Shown here piece after piece: positions 25,232 to 34,811 of a stretch of DNA of 44,047 bases. The notes under the pieces were generated by a model. It was not told where the DNA came from, ran no database searches, and worked only from the letters and a program-made list of their open reading frames with translations. Each line of letters begins with the position of its first letter. The first letter of the stretch is position 1. The translations under genes and the position numbers were made by a program. The DNA comes from a virus, in UHGV virus genome UHGV-0196292; one strand, 5' to 3'.

Positions 25232-27217
25232 TTATCTAAGCCATTGGCTTGGTTTTTGTTTCAGTATATGTATCGCCCCTTGCCCAGAAGCTGCGGATTG
25301 CGCAGTTGATAACGTCACGATGTAGGTATTCCCTACTGTTCTTGGTTGAGTAAGGTTAAATTGGAAAGGGGAGCCAGTGCAGGTGATGTATTCAATCCCT
25401 GAGTCAGAAGTAACCTGAAATTCTGTTGATACCACACTACCGGAAGAAATAGATACATGAATCGCTATCTCACCCCCCGTATATACAAAAGGTATGCTTG
25501 GCGTATTTGAAAAATCCTTAAAGTTAAGCATTGCCGTTGAACTAATGACCTCTTTGCCAACGTCATTAGTTAGCTGAGCAGGTTTAACGTAATCATAAGG
25601 GTTGAGAACGTAATAGTTTACGAAATTTACAAAACTTGAAGACGCCTTTGAAGAACTATGCCATGTTTTTTTATTGTCTATACGGTATATGGATCGGATG
25701 TTGAGAAACTCACTTGCCGTTGCTCTTTGCAGTATACCAGTCCCTATGCCAAAATGGATATTACCGACGTCAAATACGTGGTCCTCGACATTTCCTGTAG
25801 TTGATAATATCGCAATATCAGGCTCTGCACTATCTTCAAGCGCTTCACTGCATTTTTCGAAGTACATAGAACCAACAGACCAACTAACAGCGTTAACAGT
25901 AGCTAAACCAGCGCCTGCTGTGGTTTCAGCTATTAATGTTCCTATTCTCGATGCCAGTCCTTGCCCGAGAGTGACACCGGCGCCTATGAGCTGTGGGGTT
26001 AAAGATGATGAATACGGGTCATACCCATAGGACAAAGATTTTGATGTGTTATACGCAGCGACGACACCAAATTCAACACCATTAACGTTTACATCTCCGG
26101 TTTCACCGGAGAAACCATGTGCCAAAGATACACCTCTTGCACAATCAATCGCCATATATTGGTTTACTTTATGATACCAACTCCCAAGAAGTACAATTCC
26201 AACTTCTGTGGCATTATAAGCATATATAATGTCTGTGACAGATTCTGCAACTACACCAAAACCATAAAAACCGTAAGGCGCAACATTGTTAGCATCAATA
26301 TTTAATGTGCCAACGTGCCTAATTCCACGAACTTGTTGTTCAGGCAATGAAAGGTCTGGGGATGTTCCTACTGGTTTTTTGCTGGCGCGAACTACAGCCT
26401 TTCCGCCCCATGAGTAGCCACTCATCGCTTTAATAGTTGCGCCGTTTGTCTCCATCACTAAATATGACGGGATAACAACTTCATCGCTAACAAAATAAGT
26501 AGCACCAGCAGTGAGTCGTAAAAATCCAGTCGCTATTGCCTTGTTAATGGCGTCAAGGCAGTCATGCGTACTGTTATTTACAACCGCCCCGAAATTCTCG
26601 GGTGTATTCTCGTCAAACCCATTCAGTTTACCTACGTTAGACCAAGCGGAATCAGGGGCCGAGCCGTAGGAGAACGGCAATACGCCAGTATATCTGTACC
26701 AAAAGCCGTCGGCGTCGCCCACAACGTCGTATTTAGTACCTACAGACCCGCTGTCGGAAAACTTACCAACTTTTTTGTATAAGGATAAGTTGCCGTTGTC
26801 GGGTAGTGAGTACCCGCGCCATGATTGCAAGTCGATGCGTAAATCTGGGTCTGTCTGCGGTTTCCAGTCAGCGTTTCCTACCGGGTTAAAGCCCGCTGGA
26901 ACGGTAACAGGTAGTGCACCCGCATACGAGTACCACGTTTTACTCACAGGGTCATAAACCACTTTGTCGCGGTCGGCTGTTGTCAGCGTGCCACCGGTGG
27001 AAAAGTCCCACGATACAGGAGAAAAGCCAGCATCACGTAACACGGCCGGGAGTGTCTTCTGCGTCTGTCCGGTAACAGGGTTGGTCGCGTAGTCAATATC
27101 AGCATCGCCAGCGACACCGCCGGATTTACCGGTGATAACCTCGGCTTCAAAAATCTGGTGTTTCTTGGCGGTTTGTAAATCCGCCAGGCTTAAAACGTCA
27201 CCGCATCCGCTTGACAT
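25232..27217 (-). CDS. tail fibre / tailspike (receptor-binding protein)
   Basis: 661 aa, last gene of tail operon; Gly/Ser/Thr-rich beta-type sequence; distal part markedly AT-rich. Confidence 0.7.
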   Translation of the reverse strand: MSSGCGDVLSLADLQTAKKHQIFEAEVITGKSGGVAGDADIDYATNPVTGQTQKTLPAVLRDAGFSPVSWDFSTGGTLTTADRDKVVYDPVSKTWYSYAGALPVTVPAGFNPVGNADWKPQTDPDLRIDLQSWRGYSLPDNGNLSLYKKVGKFSDSGSVGTKYDVVGDADGFWYRYTGVLPFSYGSAPDSAWSNVGKLNGFDENTPENFGAVVNNSTHDCLDAINKAIATGFLRLTAGATYFVSDEVVIPSYLVMETNGATIKAMSGYSWGGKAVVRASKKPVGTSPDLSLPEQQVRGIRHVGTLNIDANNVAPYGFYGFGVVAESVTDIIYAYNATEVGIVLLGSWYHKVNQYMAIDCARGVSLAHGFSGETGDVNVNGVEFGVVAAYNTSKSLSYGYDPYSSSLTPQLIGAGVTLGQGLASRIGTLIAETTAGAGLATVNAVSWSVGSMYFEKCSEALEDSAEPDIAILSTTGNVEDHVFDVGNIHFGIGTGILQRATASEFLNIRSIYRIDNKKTWHSSSKASSSFVNFVNYYVLNPYDYVKPAQLTNDVGKEVISSTAMLNFKDFSNTPSIPFVYTGGEIAIHVSISSGSVVSTEFQVTSDSGIEYITCTGSPFQFNLTQPRTVGNTYIVTLSTAQSAASGQGAIHILKQKPSQWLR

Positions 27218-27229
27218 ATAGAGTCCTCT

Positions 27230-29812
27230 TTAACTAAAACCGTTGCTGAATCCGCCGGAGAAACCGCTACCGAAAGGCGCGACGCCGTCGTATTTATAGA
27301 AATCTGCTTCGTAGTTAATCCCGGTAATCTTAACCGTTCTGTCGTCTCCGGGGTCAACTGTAGAAACAAGAATCATCTGAGCATTATGCCTTGCTTCGTT
27401 GCCGAATGAAAACTCAGTTTTTAGTGCGCTATTCCCTGTGTATATCGCCTCCTGCGGCGCAGAGAGCATAACCACTTCACGGTCGTGGCTTCCAGGCACA
27501 ACGGCAACACTTTGAACTCCACCGTCTCGCTTCTTAAGAATAAGTGAGTGGTCGTCTCCGGGGGTAAATGTAATAGGTTGTGATAGCGTCAGCGCAAGCC
27601 CATTAACGGCAACAACATAGCCATCTTGCGGGGCCATACGCGAACCTTTTACCACACTTACCGCACGCCCAGGCATTGCAAAAATCCCTTCTTCTGTCGC
27701 TGTGAATGATACCGTTACCTTCTTCAACAGGTGTTTCTGGTAGCGGCGGTACGCAGCCCAGTACGCCTGTTGATAATTACGGATACCTTTAGAGTCGTAC
27801 GTTTCAGTATTAACGCCACCTTCTGCGGGGATGCTGATTGTCTCTTTGACGTTTGTATTCGGGTCGATGTACGAAAACTTGAGACTATCGTATACCTGGG
27901 CGTCATTAAACGTGCGCGTCCATTTCTCAGTAGCTGGGGTCTTGCTGCGATGGGTAAACACCATCTCAGGGCCGATGCGAGGGCGCTCGAAGTCCAGAAG
28001 AATATCGGCGCCTCTGCGGTATGGGGTGCAGAAAATTGCTTCCGCTATCGTAGTTACTATGTCCTGCATAGTGGTTTTATAGTCATCAAACGTATAGCAA
28101 AACTCTCCTGCGGATGTGCTGCCGAAATAGCTTTCAATTTCGTTCTGCACGGCCAGCAGTTTATCCATATTTGCCGTTGTCAGGTTCAGTGCGCCAACTT
28201 CCGGGTCTCTGGCGAGGCGAATGAGGGACTGGGTGGCCTTCGTGTTCGGCGTGCGAACTGTGTCGAAAACTCCGTTACCGAGGTACTTAAATACCATCTC
28301 CGTCACCACCATGCGCAACTGAGGTTGTTTAACCTCCGCCGCTCGTGGCGTCTGTTTACGCGCGGAATGCACTGTCGTTCGGTTACCGTAGTGCGGGGTT
28401 CGGTCGACTAATTGCCCGTAAAGATTTATATAGGCCACTTCATCGACTACTGTACCCTCAAAATCAAGGTCCAGATTGGTGACACGACGCGCTCTCACTC
28501 TTACACGTGATACGGACGGCAGGTCCGCATATATAGTAACCCCAGTATAATCGGCAGACCTTCCGGAAACTGTCCCTTGTTTAGTGTAAACAGGGCCGTA
28601 AGCGCTCCCTGTTTCATCTAAAAGCTGATACTGCAGCTCTACGGTCACTGCAGCCCTGGATTTATTGTCCCCATTGTCTTTGTACATACCATTCGTAGCG
28701 CCAATGTTGGCCACGATTCTTTCTACTGCAATTCTGTTTATAGCAACCCAATCGGTGAGGCTGGCCGAGGTGGTATCTAGCGGGCCTATAGTTGACTCTG
28801 GTTCATTAGATTGTATTTTATAGCCGCCCACAGGCAACTTCTGCCATTGAGATAGTGCCGGTGTGGCATCTACCCTAATCTCCGTCTCGCTTACAGAAAT
28901 GCATGTGTAATTCCCATCAAGAATGGCGTCCGTTGCTGGGTTTGGGCTGCCGGATACCCAGCAATGTATACCGATGAATTTAACGGCCATACCCACTTTG
29001 ATAAAGTCACTAAACCCGGCGTCCCCAGTTGGGTCGGTTACTGTGCCAGTTGTTCCCTCCAGTTTCGCAATAGATAGTTCTCTCGTTACAGGCGACGCAA
29101 GGTCGTTAGGTGCTTTCAGCACCACACCGTCCACTTCATTGGACGCAACAGTGATGTAAAGCCCTTGTGTAATGGGGCTTCCGACCATTAATTGTGGGGC
29201 GTTTGTGTTGTTCGGAGAGGTGTACGGAGCGTACACCGCCACAGACGTGCCGGTTATATCCCGGACCTTAGTATCGCCGTCGGTGATGTCTTCTGCTTTA
29301 ACGTCAAGATACCCGCGCCCCGCATCATAATAACCGTACTCGATGATGCGACCAGCGTCATCGAAGACTTTATATGTAGTCATAAGGTTATTAGGTATTG
29401 TCTGCACCCTGCCGCAGATGTCATAAGTTCGCTCGTAAGGGCGAGCCTTGTTATTTCGGTCTGTCAGACTGTTGTTCGGTGAGTCCGCTTGCTGGTTAGC
29501 AAGATTGTTAGACGCGCCCTTCGTTGACGGTGTGAGTAATTTAGCTAGCGGTTTAAGGATGATGCTGAACACTTTCATCACACCCTTGATAGCACCGCCA
29601 CCAGCACCTTCCAGGATGTGGAAAACCGCATCCTGTTTTAACGCGTCGAAATTTTCTGTTACGTCGTTATCCTCCCCTATCTCTTCGAGGAAAACGCGAA
29701 ACGGCACACCGTCAGGGATATGGTTTACGACGAAATTAAGCGGCGAGTCGTTATGCCGTTTTTGTGTGAATGTCCCGTCTTCGTTACGGGTGTAGTGGAT
29801 GACTATCGCCAA
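27230..29812 (-). CDS. tail tip / central fibre protein (lambda J-like)
   Basis: 860 aa ORF downstream of K/L/M-like genes; Gly-rich C-terminus. Confidence 0.55.
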   Translation of the reverse strand: MAIVIHYTRNEDGTFTQKRHNDSPLNFVVNHIPDGVPFRVFLEEIGEDNDVTENFDALKQDAVFHILEGAGGGAIKGVMKVFSIILKPLAKLLTPSTKGASNNLANQQADSPNNSLTDRNNKARPYERTYDICGRVQTIPNNLMTTYKVFDDAGRIIEYGYYDAGRGYLDVKAEDITDGDTKVRDITGTSVAVYAPYTSPNNTNAPQLMVGSPITQGLYITVASNEVDGVVLKAPNDLASPVTRELSIAKLEGTTGTVTDPTGDAGFSDFIKVGMAVKFIGIHCWVSGSPNPATDAILDGNYTCISVSETEIRVDATPALSQWQKLPVGGYKIQSNEPESTIGPLDTTSASLTDWVAINRIAVERIVANIGATNGMYKDNGDNKSRAAVTVELQYQLLDETGSAYGPVYTKQGTVSGRSADYTGVTIYADLPSVSRVRVRARRVTNLDLDFEGTVVDEVAYINLYGQLVDRTPHYGNRTTVHSARKQTPRAAEVKQPQLRMVVTEMVFKYLGNGVFDTVRTPNTKATQSLIRLARDPEVGALNLTTANMDKLLAVQNEIESYFGSTSAGEFCYTFDDYKTTMQDIVTTIAEAIFCTPYRRGADILLDFERPRIGPEMVFTHRSKTPATEKWTRTFNDAQVYDSLKFSYIDPNTNVKETISIPAEGGVNTETYDSKGIRNYQQAYWAAYRRYQKHLLKKVTVSFTATEEGIFAMPGRAVSVVKGSRMAPQDGYVVAVNGLALTLSQPITFTPGDDHSLILKKRDGGVQSVAVVPGSHDREVVMLSAPQEAIYTGNSALKTEFSFGNEARHNAQMILVSTVDPGDDRTVKITGINYEADFYKYDGVAPFGSGFSGGFSNGFS

Positions 29813-30321
29813 AATTCAATCTCCGGGTATGTGTCGCGCAAATCGTCAAGACGGTCAAGGCGCACTTGTCTGGACGCTAACTCGCAGTGGCTTACCATCC
29901 CATCATAATACACGCCCGCGTGCCACACTACACGCCCTCTGTGATAAGTGCCCAGCAACACGGCGTCGTAATTCTGCGGACTGGCAGCGCGTTCCAGGCC
30001 TTTCGGGTCAGAGTGCCCTGCGTCAAACGCCGCGTCTATAGCCGTCGGGGAGGTTACGTCGAAAGTCGGGGTAGATAGGCCAACATCGCCGCGCACCCTG
30101 CGCACGTGATGCCAACAATTGTAACGACGGAAGTCATAAGGGGTGCCCGTATAATCGGTGATACTCATGACAAGAGTACCCCACGCAACAGCGGTATTTC
30201 TTCCGGTGTCATCAGGATTCCGGTCTGCCGTTGGTTGAGCATAGGCGTTCCGGTCTCTGCGGTGAACACGCCTTTCTCTTGTGTCAACGTCTGCAACTCG
30301 TATACCACTGGGCCGTCGCAC
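29803..30321 (-). CDS. tail assembly protein, NlpC/P60-like (lambda K-like)
   Basis: Cys/His-containing motif (YNCWHHV) and position in tail-tip cluster; start probably internal. Confidence 0.5.
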   Translation of the reverse strand: MRRPSGIRVADVDTRERRVHRRDRNAYAQPTADRNPDDTGRNTAVAWGTLVMSITDYTGTPYDFRRYNCWHHVRRVRGDVGLSTPTFDVTSPTAIDAAFDAGHSDPKGLERAASPQNYDAVLLGTYHRGRVVWHAGVYYDGMVSHCELASRQVRLDRLDDLRDTYPEIEFWR

Positions 30322-30695
30322 GGGTACGACAGGTCTGTGCTTACGTAGCGCCGGAATATGAATTTAGGTAACTCTGTATTGCTATACGGGATGCGGTCCA
30401 TCTCTTCATCGAGAATGTTAAGAACATCCGGCAGCGAGAATGATGCTGTTTGGTCCATGTCATTATTGTTTGCGGCATTCTTAGCGTCCATAGGGGTAGC
30501 TTCGAACGTAACGGTTTCGCCAGTCTCAAGCGTAGCGGTAAGATCAGACGTACCGCGCACAAGCAACCACCGCTTTGAAAGAAGCGGGTGTGTTATTTCA
30601 AGAGTAATGTAATCCAGTTCGCCGTCTGGGTTTGATGCCAGTTTACGACGATAGGCGGCTTCTACTGATTCCTGGCTCATTGCATTGGGTCCCAA
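30165..30695 (-). CDS. minor tail protein (lambda L-like, putative)
   Basis: Position between M-like and K-like ORFs. Confidence 0.4.
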   Translation of the reverse strand: MGPNAMSQESVEAAYRRKLASNPDGELDYITLEITHPLLSKRWLLVRGTSDLTATLETGETVTFEATPMDAKNAANNNDMDQTASFSLPDVLNILDEEMDRIPYSNTELPKFIFRRYVSTDLSYPCDGPVVYELQTLTQEKGVFTAETGTPMLNQRQTGILMTPEEIPLLRGVLLS

Positions 30696-31171
30696 ATACG
30701 TGGAAACGTTGATTGCGCGGTTCCGTATGCTTTAAGGAATCCGCCTAAGCAATCCCCATAACAGCCGAACAAATCCGGTAGATTCTTAGTAAGGCATGTA
30801 TCTTCCTGAATAGCTGTTCTCTCTGCCGTGGCGGTGAACGTGATCACCCAGTTCTTGCCGTCGTCGGTGCTGTCACTAATAGTCGATGTGATGAGTACCT
30901 GGTGGTCCTCGATGCCCATACCTGTATCATGCGGCATGATAAACGAGGACGCCCCGCCGTCGATGTTGTTCAGGAAGCTATAAAACGCCTGGCGCCCGAG
31001 AGAAGACACGACAAGCGTAACGCTAATCGGCACTGGCTCAAAGTATGTGTCTCGCCCCTGGCGAGGTAAGCCGCCCTGAACCTCGGTGCGCCAGATATTA
31101 CTCCCCCTGGTCTGAGAGTACCCCTTCGACACTATTGGTCGAAGGGACATAGGGAATCTCAAATCGCTCAT
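30677..31171 (-). CDS. minor tail protein (lambda M-like / distal tail, putative)
   Basis: Immediately downstream of tape measure gene. Confidence 0.4.
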   Translation of the reverse strand: MSDLRFPMSLRPIVSKGYSQTRGSNIWRTEVQGGLPRQGRDTYFEPVPISVTLVVSSLGRQAFYSFLNNIDGGASSFIMPHDTGMGIEDHQVLITSTISDSTDDGKNWVITFTATAERTAIQEDTCLTKNLPDLFGCYGDCLGGFLKAYGTAQSTFPRIWDPMQ

Positions 31172-31174
31172 TAA

Positions 31175-33499
31175 TTAATACCCCGGCTGACCGCGGGTAG
31201 CGCGGCGAGCTTTAGAAATCGGTGAGTTGTTATCCTGTAACTGCGACGCTACTGTTTCACTGATTATAATACGTAAACGCCCTTCGTCATCACGTTCTGT
31301 TACGGCAGAGTCCACACGGCCGGTGGTATTGTTGACGATTGTCACGCTGTCGCCACCTGACGGGCTGCCGTTTTGGCCCATAATTTCTTTCATCTGCTGC
31401 GCGGTGCGCACACGCGATGCGCCAGCGGGCATGATAACCTCCGGCTTACCGCGTTCAGCGATGGTAGACATCTGGCCTGCCGATAGCTGCCCACCCTGTT
31501 CACGCGCCGAGCGGATTTTGGCGATATTAGCCAGCCCCGCGGCAACGGCAGTAGCCGCGGCAACCGGTGCCAGGAATGGGCCGACGACCGGTATCGCCGC
31601 AGTAGACTTATATGCTTCGATAGCTGACGTGTATGTTGCGATAGTGGCCTGGGCAATAGCAAACGCTTTATAAGCGGCGGACGCCTCGCCAAATGCTGTT
31701 TTAGCATTAGATGCCATGTCACCAAAGGCGTCCCCGGTGGCTTTGGCACGCTTCATTGAATACTGCTCATCCAGGGCTAGGAGCGCCATCTGGTACTGCT
31801 CAGCGTTAATTATGCCGTCGGCCATGTATTTTGAGATGATATTCGCTTTTTGAGACTGTTGTATTTCCAACAACTCAAGCTCAGCGGCATTCTGGCCCAT
31901 AATCTGGGCCATGAAGTCGTCTCCTTTCTGCTGCTTTTCCTGCTGCTCTTTTCTTTTCTTATCCAGTTCTTCCTGTCTGGCCTGCTCGGCTGTGAGCATA
32001 ATTTGAGTTTTGGCGTTTTCGTACTGCTGCTGGCTTATTGTTCCGGCGCGGTTGAACTCTTCAAGTTTCGCCAGTTTCTGCTCTTCTGCCGCTGTGATAC
32101 GTGAAATTTCGTCTCCGGTTGTTCGGTCGACAGTAGCGAGGAAATCTTCCGCCGCTTTTTTCTGTCGTTCAGCTGCGGTTTCTTCGCGTTTGGCTTGTGC
32201 CGCCAGACGTTTCTCGTTCGATTTAGCCTCTCGGTCTGCCTTCGCTTTTTCGGTCGCGTCGATGCGAGCGATGTCTTGCCGTGCTTCCGTGTCACGGGCC
32301 GCGTTATACGCGGCTATCTGTTCTTTGGTGACCGCTTCACGTTTAGCGAACGCCTGTTTATCAAGTTCAGCTTGCGCCCGGATGCGCTCACGGTCGCTTA
32401 ATATGGCGATTTGCTGATTCTTGACGATAGCTTCGTTCTGTTCCTGGAATCTCTGCGTTGTTGAGTTGACGTTACGACCAAGATTCTTTTGGGCCTCCGC
32501 CGCCGCGTTTGCCGACTTCTCCGCGTTCTCCAGTGCCGTGGCATTCTTGTTGGCGTTGTCCGTCAGGCGGATAAGTTCCGGGTTCAACTGTTTTGTGTTA
32601 CCGAGCCAGTCGGTAAACACATCGGCGATGCGACGGGCATTCTCAGCGGTTGGTTCTTTGTTAAACGCACTCTGTGCCGCTATCATCTCCAGCGCCTGGT
32701 CACGGTTAACCCCGAACTTACTGCTAAGCTCCGCGATATTCTGCGCCAGCATGTTGACGCCTACGATATTACCCTCGTAAGTGCCTCCGAGTTTTTCTAA
32801 CGTGTCGCCTACATCAGCACCCTTAGATACCAGCGCGTCGTACTGGCTAATAGCTGATGCAGTGGAGGCTTTCCATGTTTCCCACGATTCGGCATCTTCA
32901 CGAACAGCTTTAGCGGTTTGCTGCGCGATAAGGTCTGCGTTAGCCTTAGCCAGAGCAAGCTGAGTCTCCGCCGCTTCTCTGCTGATTTGGGTTAGCTGAA
33001 TAAGGCCGTCTGTCAGTTCTAGGGAGCCAGATGCCGTTTGCTGGAAGGTGTCTTTTAACTGTTTCTGGGCTGCTTCCAGGTCTTTTGAACTCCCCTCAGC
33101 CTCCGTTAGCGATTTGTACAGGACACCGCCAACAGCCGACGCTAGCGCGATTACAGCCCCAAGCACCGCACCACCAGGGCCGAAGGCACCTGCAAGCTGT
33201 GAACCTTGTTGCCCGATTGCTACGAATGCAGACGTGCCGGACTGCAATTGGACAACCATGTCCTGTACCTGGAAGCCAACCTGCCCGGCGGCGTTACGGA
33301 ACTTAGCGAAACCGTCAGAGGCCGCTTTAGAGGTAGCTGTGTTAACTTTATTAACATCTGGGGTCAGCTTGTTTACTGCGGTATCCGCACGGTCTGCAGA
33401 CGACGCCATAGCGTCAAGCTGTTTGGCGGCTACGTCAGCACCTTCTGTTTTTACTCTGGCAATTAGGGAAGCCGTATCAGCCATCTTCTCTGCCCTCAA
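31175..33499 (-). CDS. tail tape measure protein
   Basis: 774 aa, Ala/Gln/Glu-rich coiled coil with Gly-rich hydrophobic segments; follows chaperone pair. Confidence 0.85.
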   Translation of the reverse strand: MRAEKMADTASLIARVKTEGADVAAKQLDAMASSADRADTAVNKLTPDVNKVNTATSKAASDGFAKFRNAAGQVGFQVQDMVVQLQSGTSAFVAIGQQGSQLAGAFGPGGAVLGAVIALASAVGGVLYKSLTEAEGSSKDLEAAQKQLKDTFQQTASGSLELTDGLIQLTQISREAAETQLALAKANADLIAQQTAKAVREDAESWETWKASTASAISQYDALVSKGADVGDTLEKLGGTYEGNIVGVNMLAQNIAELSSKFGVNRDQALEMIAAQSAFNKEPTAENARRIADVFTDWLGNTKQLNPELIRLTDNANKNATALENAEKSANAAAEAQKNLGRNVNSTTQRFQEQNEAIVKNQQIAILSDRERIRAQAELDKQAFAKREAVTKEQIAAYNAARDTEARQDIARIDATEKAKADREAKSNEKRLAAQAKREETAAERQKKAAEDFLATVDRTTGDEISRITAAEEQKLAKLEEFNRAGTISQQQYENAKTQIMLTAEQARQEELDKKRKEQQEKQQKGDDFMAQIMGQNAAELELLEIQQSQKANIISKYMADGIINAEQYQMALLALDEQYSMKRAKATGDAFGDMASNAKTAFGEASAAYKAFAIAQATIATYTSAIEAYKSTAAIPVVGPFLAPVAAATAVAAGLANIAKIRSAREQGGQLSAGQMSTIAERGKPEVIMPAGASRVRTAQQMKEIMGQNGSPSGGDSVTIVNNTTGRVDSAVTERDDEGRLRIIISETVASQLQDNNSPISKARRATRGQPGY

Positions 33500-33749
33500 A
33501 TATTCCGTCTAAGCCCATGATAACCTCGGCTTCGAACAAACTTATGCCGTAACCGGCGACATCACGAAACGCTACCAAATCTTGCCATTTGAGCGCATCG
33601 CGCGGGATTATAACGATAGTATCATCTGTTTCGCGCTGTAGGAATTTAATGGCACGGTATTTCTCGAACACGTCGATAAGAGAAACGGGGCATTCCGGCC
33701 CCGTCGTTTCTTTCATCTGCGGTTCTTTAATCACGCCCATTGCAATCAA
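33477..33749 (-). CDS. tail assembly chaperone T-segment (expressed as G-T fusion by -1 frameshift)
   Basis: In -1 frame relative to upstream G-like ORF; frame open upstream to 33863; track start is TTG. Confidence 0.55.
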   Translation of the reverse strand: MIAMGVIKEPQMKETTGPECPVSLIDVFEKYRAIKFLQRETDDTIVIIPRDALKWQDLVAFRDVAGYGISLFEAEVIMGLDGIFEGREDG

Positions 33750-33838
33750 AGCCGCCTGGTGGCCCGCCGCGATGTCGTCGAATTGCTTACGTTTGTGACG
33801 GTCAACAAAACACCATTGCGCAAATTCATACAGCGCTT

Positions 33839-34255
33839 TTACTTTTCCGAGAGTTTCTCGCGGCTATCGGTGTGGTGCTTAACTACGGCTTCTGCCAACC
33901 CACTATACTGGTCAAACAGGTTAGCCAGCGCCTCTTTGCTGAACGGTTCGTCGAATGACCAACCGGTGACGATTTCCACGGCGAGCTGCTTGTTCAGGTC
34001 CATCACCCGCCAGCCCTTCTCATCGTTATAGCGCGCCCAGTTATTCAGCGCCTCGCACTCTTTATCTAATGGCGCAAGTTCTTCCGTAAGGCGTCGAATT
34101 GCCGTTGTGTAGGCGCGGCCCGCACGAACACCAGCGTCACAATCGGGGCCGATAACCTGCAACCATTCACCGGAATCTTTACCACTCGGCAGAAGGATAG
34201 GCATTTTAGTGCCTACAGCATGGCGGTCAGCAAAATAAAAATCAGAAAGTTTCAT
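33839..34255 (-). CDS. tail assembly chaperone (lambda G-like)
   Basis: 138 aa acidic ORF immediately upstream of T-segment and tape measure. Confidence 0.55.
   Translation of the reverse strand: MKLSDFYFADRHAVGTKMPILLPSGKDSGEWLQVIGPDCDAGVRAGRAYTTAIRRLTEELAPLDKECEALNNWARYNDEKGWRVMDLNKQLAVEIVTGWSFDEPFSKEALANLFDQYSGLAEAVVKHHTDSREKLSEK
33842..33848 (-). other. putative -1 programmed frameshift slippery site (mRNA GGAAAAG)
   Basis: GAA-AAG codons just before the G-like stop; lambda G/GT uses GGGAAAG. Confidence 0.4.
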
Positions 34256-34362
34256 TCTTTAATCCTTTGGTTAAGAGGTTACCGGTTAAGATTAACGCGC
34301 CAGACGGGAACCACCCGCTTTTCGTGTGCGACACTAGGCGCAAACTTATTCTAGCACACTAC

Positions 34363-34391
34363 TTGCACACCCCAATATAATAGGGTACTAT
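34363..34391 (+). promoter_or_regulatory. sigma70-like promoter TTGCAC-N17-TACTAT with AATAG-N4-CTATT palindrome
   Basis: Hexamers at 34363-34368 and 34386-34391; 18-mer identical to 20-37. Confidence 0.55.
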
Positions 34392-34416
34392 TCACCTGTA
34401 ACTTACTGAGGAAATA

Positions 34417-34746
34417 ATGATGCGTAAATTAGTATTAGCTCTGGGGTTTATGTCTTTTGCTGCTTTTGGGTCCCCGTGTGAACAGGTATTTAGTGAATCG
34501 GTTCTTATGACTTCTGGTGTGCTTGAGAAAGCCGACCCTACTATTGTAAAGGCATTTAAGGACTCTACCGTTCGCGAGTGTGAGGCCGCCGTAGAGGTTG
34601 GTAAATCTGGCCTACCTCCGCAAGCCGTAACATACTCGGTAATACGTTCGGTAGAGAAAAACGGAGACGCGTTTTACAGCCTACTGACCGCCACTCGTCT
34701 GCAAATGGTAATGACTGGGTGGGCGATAGGCGCGGAAAGTAAATAG
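34417..34746 (+). CDS. small secreted protein (cleavable signal peptide)
   Basis: N-terminus MMRKLVLALGFMSFAAFGSP is signal-peptide-like; RBS GAGGAA. Confidence 0.5.
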   Translation: MMRKLVLALGFMSFAAFGSPCEQVFSESVLMTSGVLEKADPTIVKAFKDSTVRECEAAVEVGKSGLPPQAVTYSVIRSVEKNGDAFYSLLTATRLQMVMTGWAIGAESK

Positions 34747-34811
34747 TCGCCTTTATTTAAAGGAATGCACTGTGGTTAAATAGGACAAATCCTAAACACG
34801 AGGAAGTAAGC

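Noticed and set aside
31227-33512. Many overlapping ORFs on both strands within the tape measure gene
   Set aside because: Tape measure genes are Ala/Gln-rich and repetitive, which leaves alternative frames open; none has independent signals.
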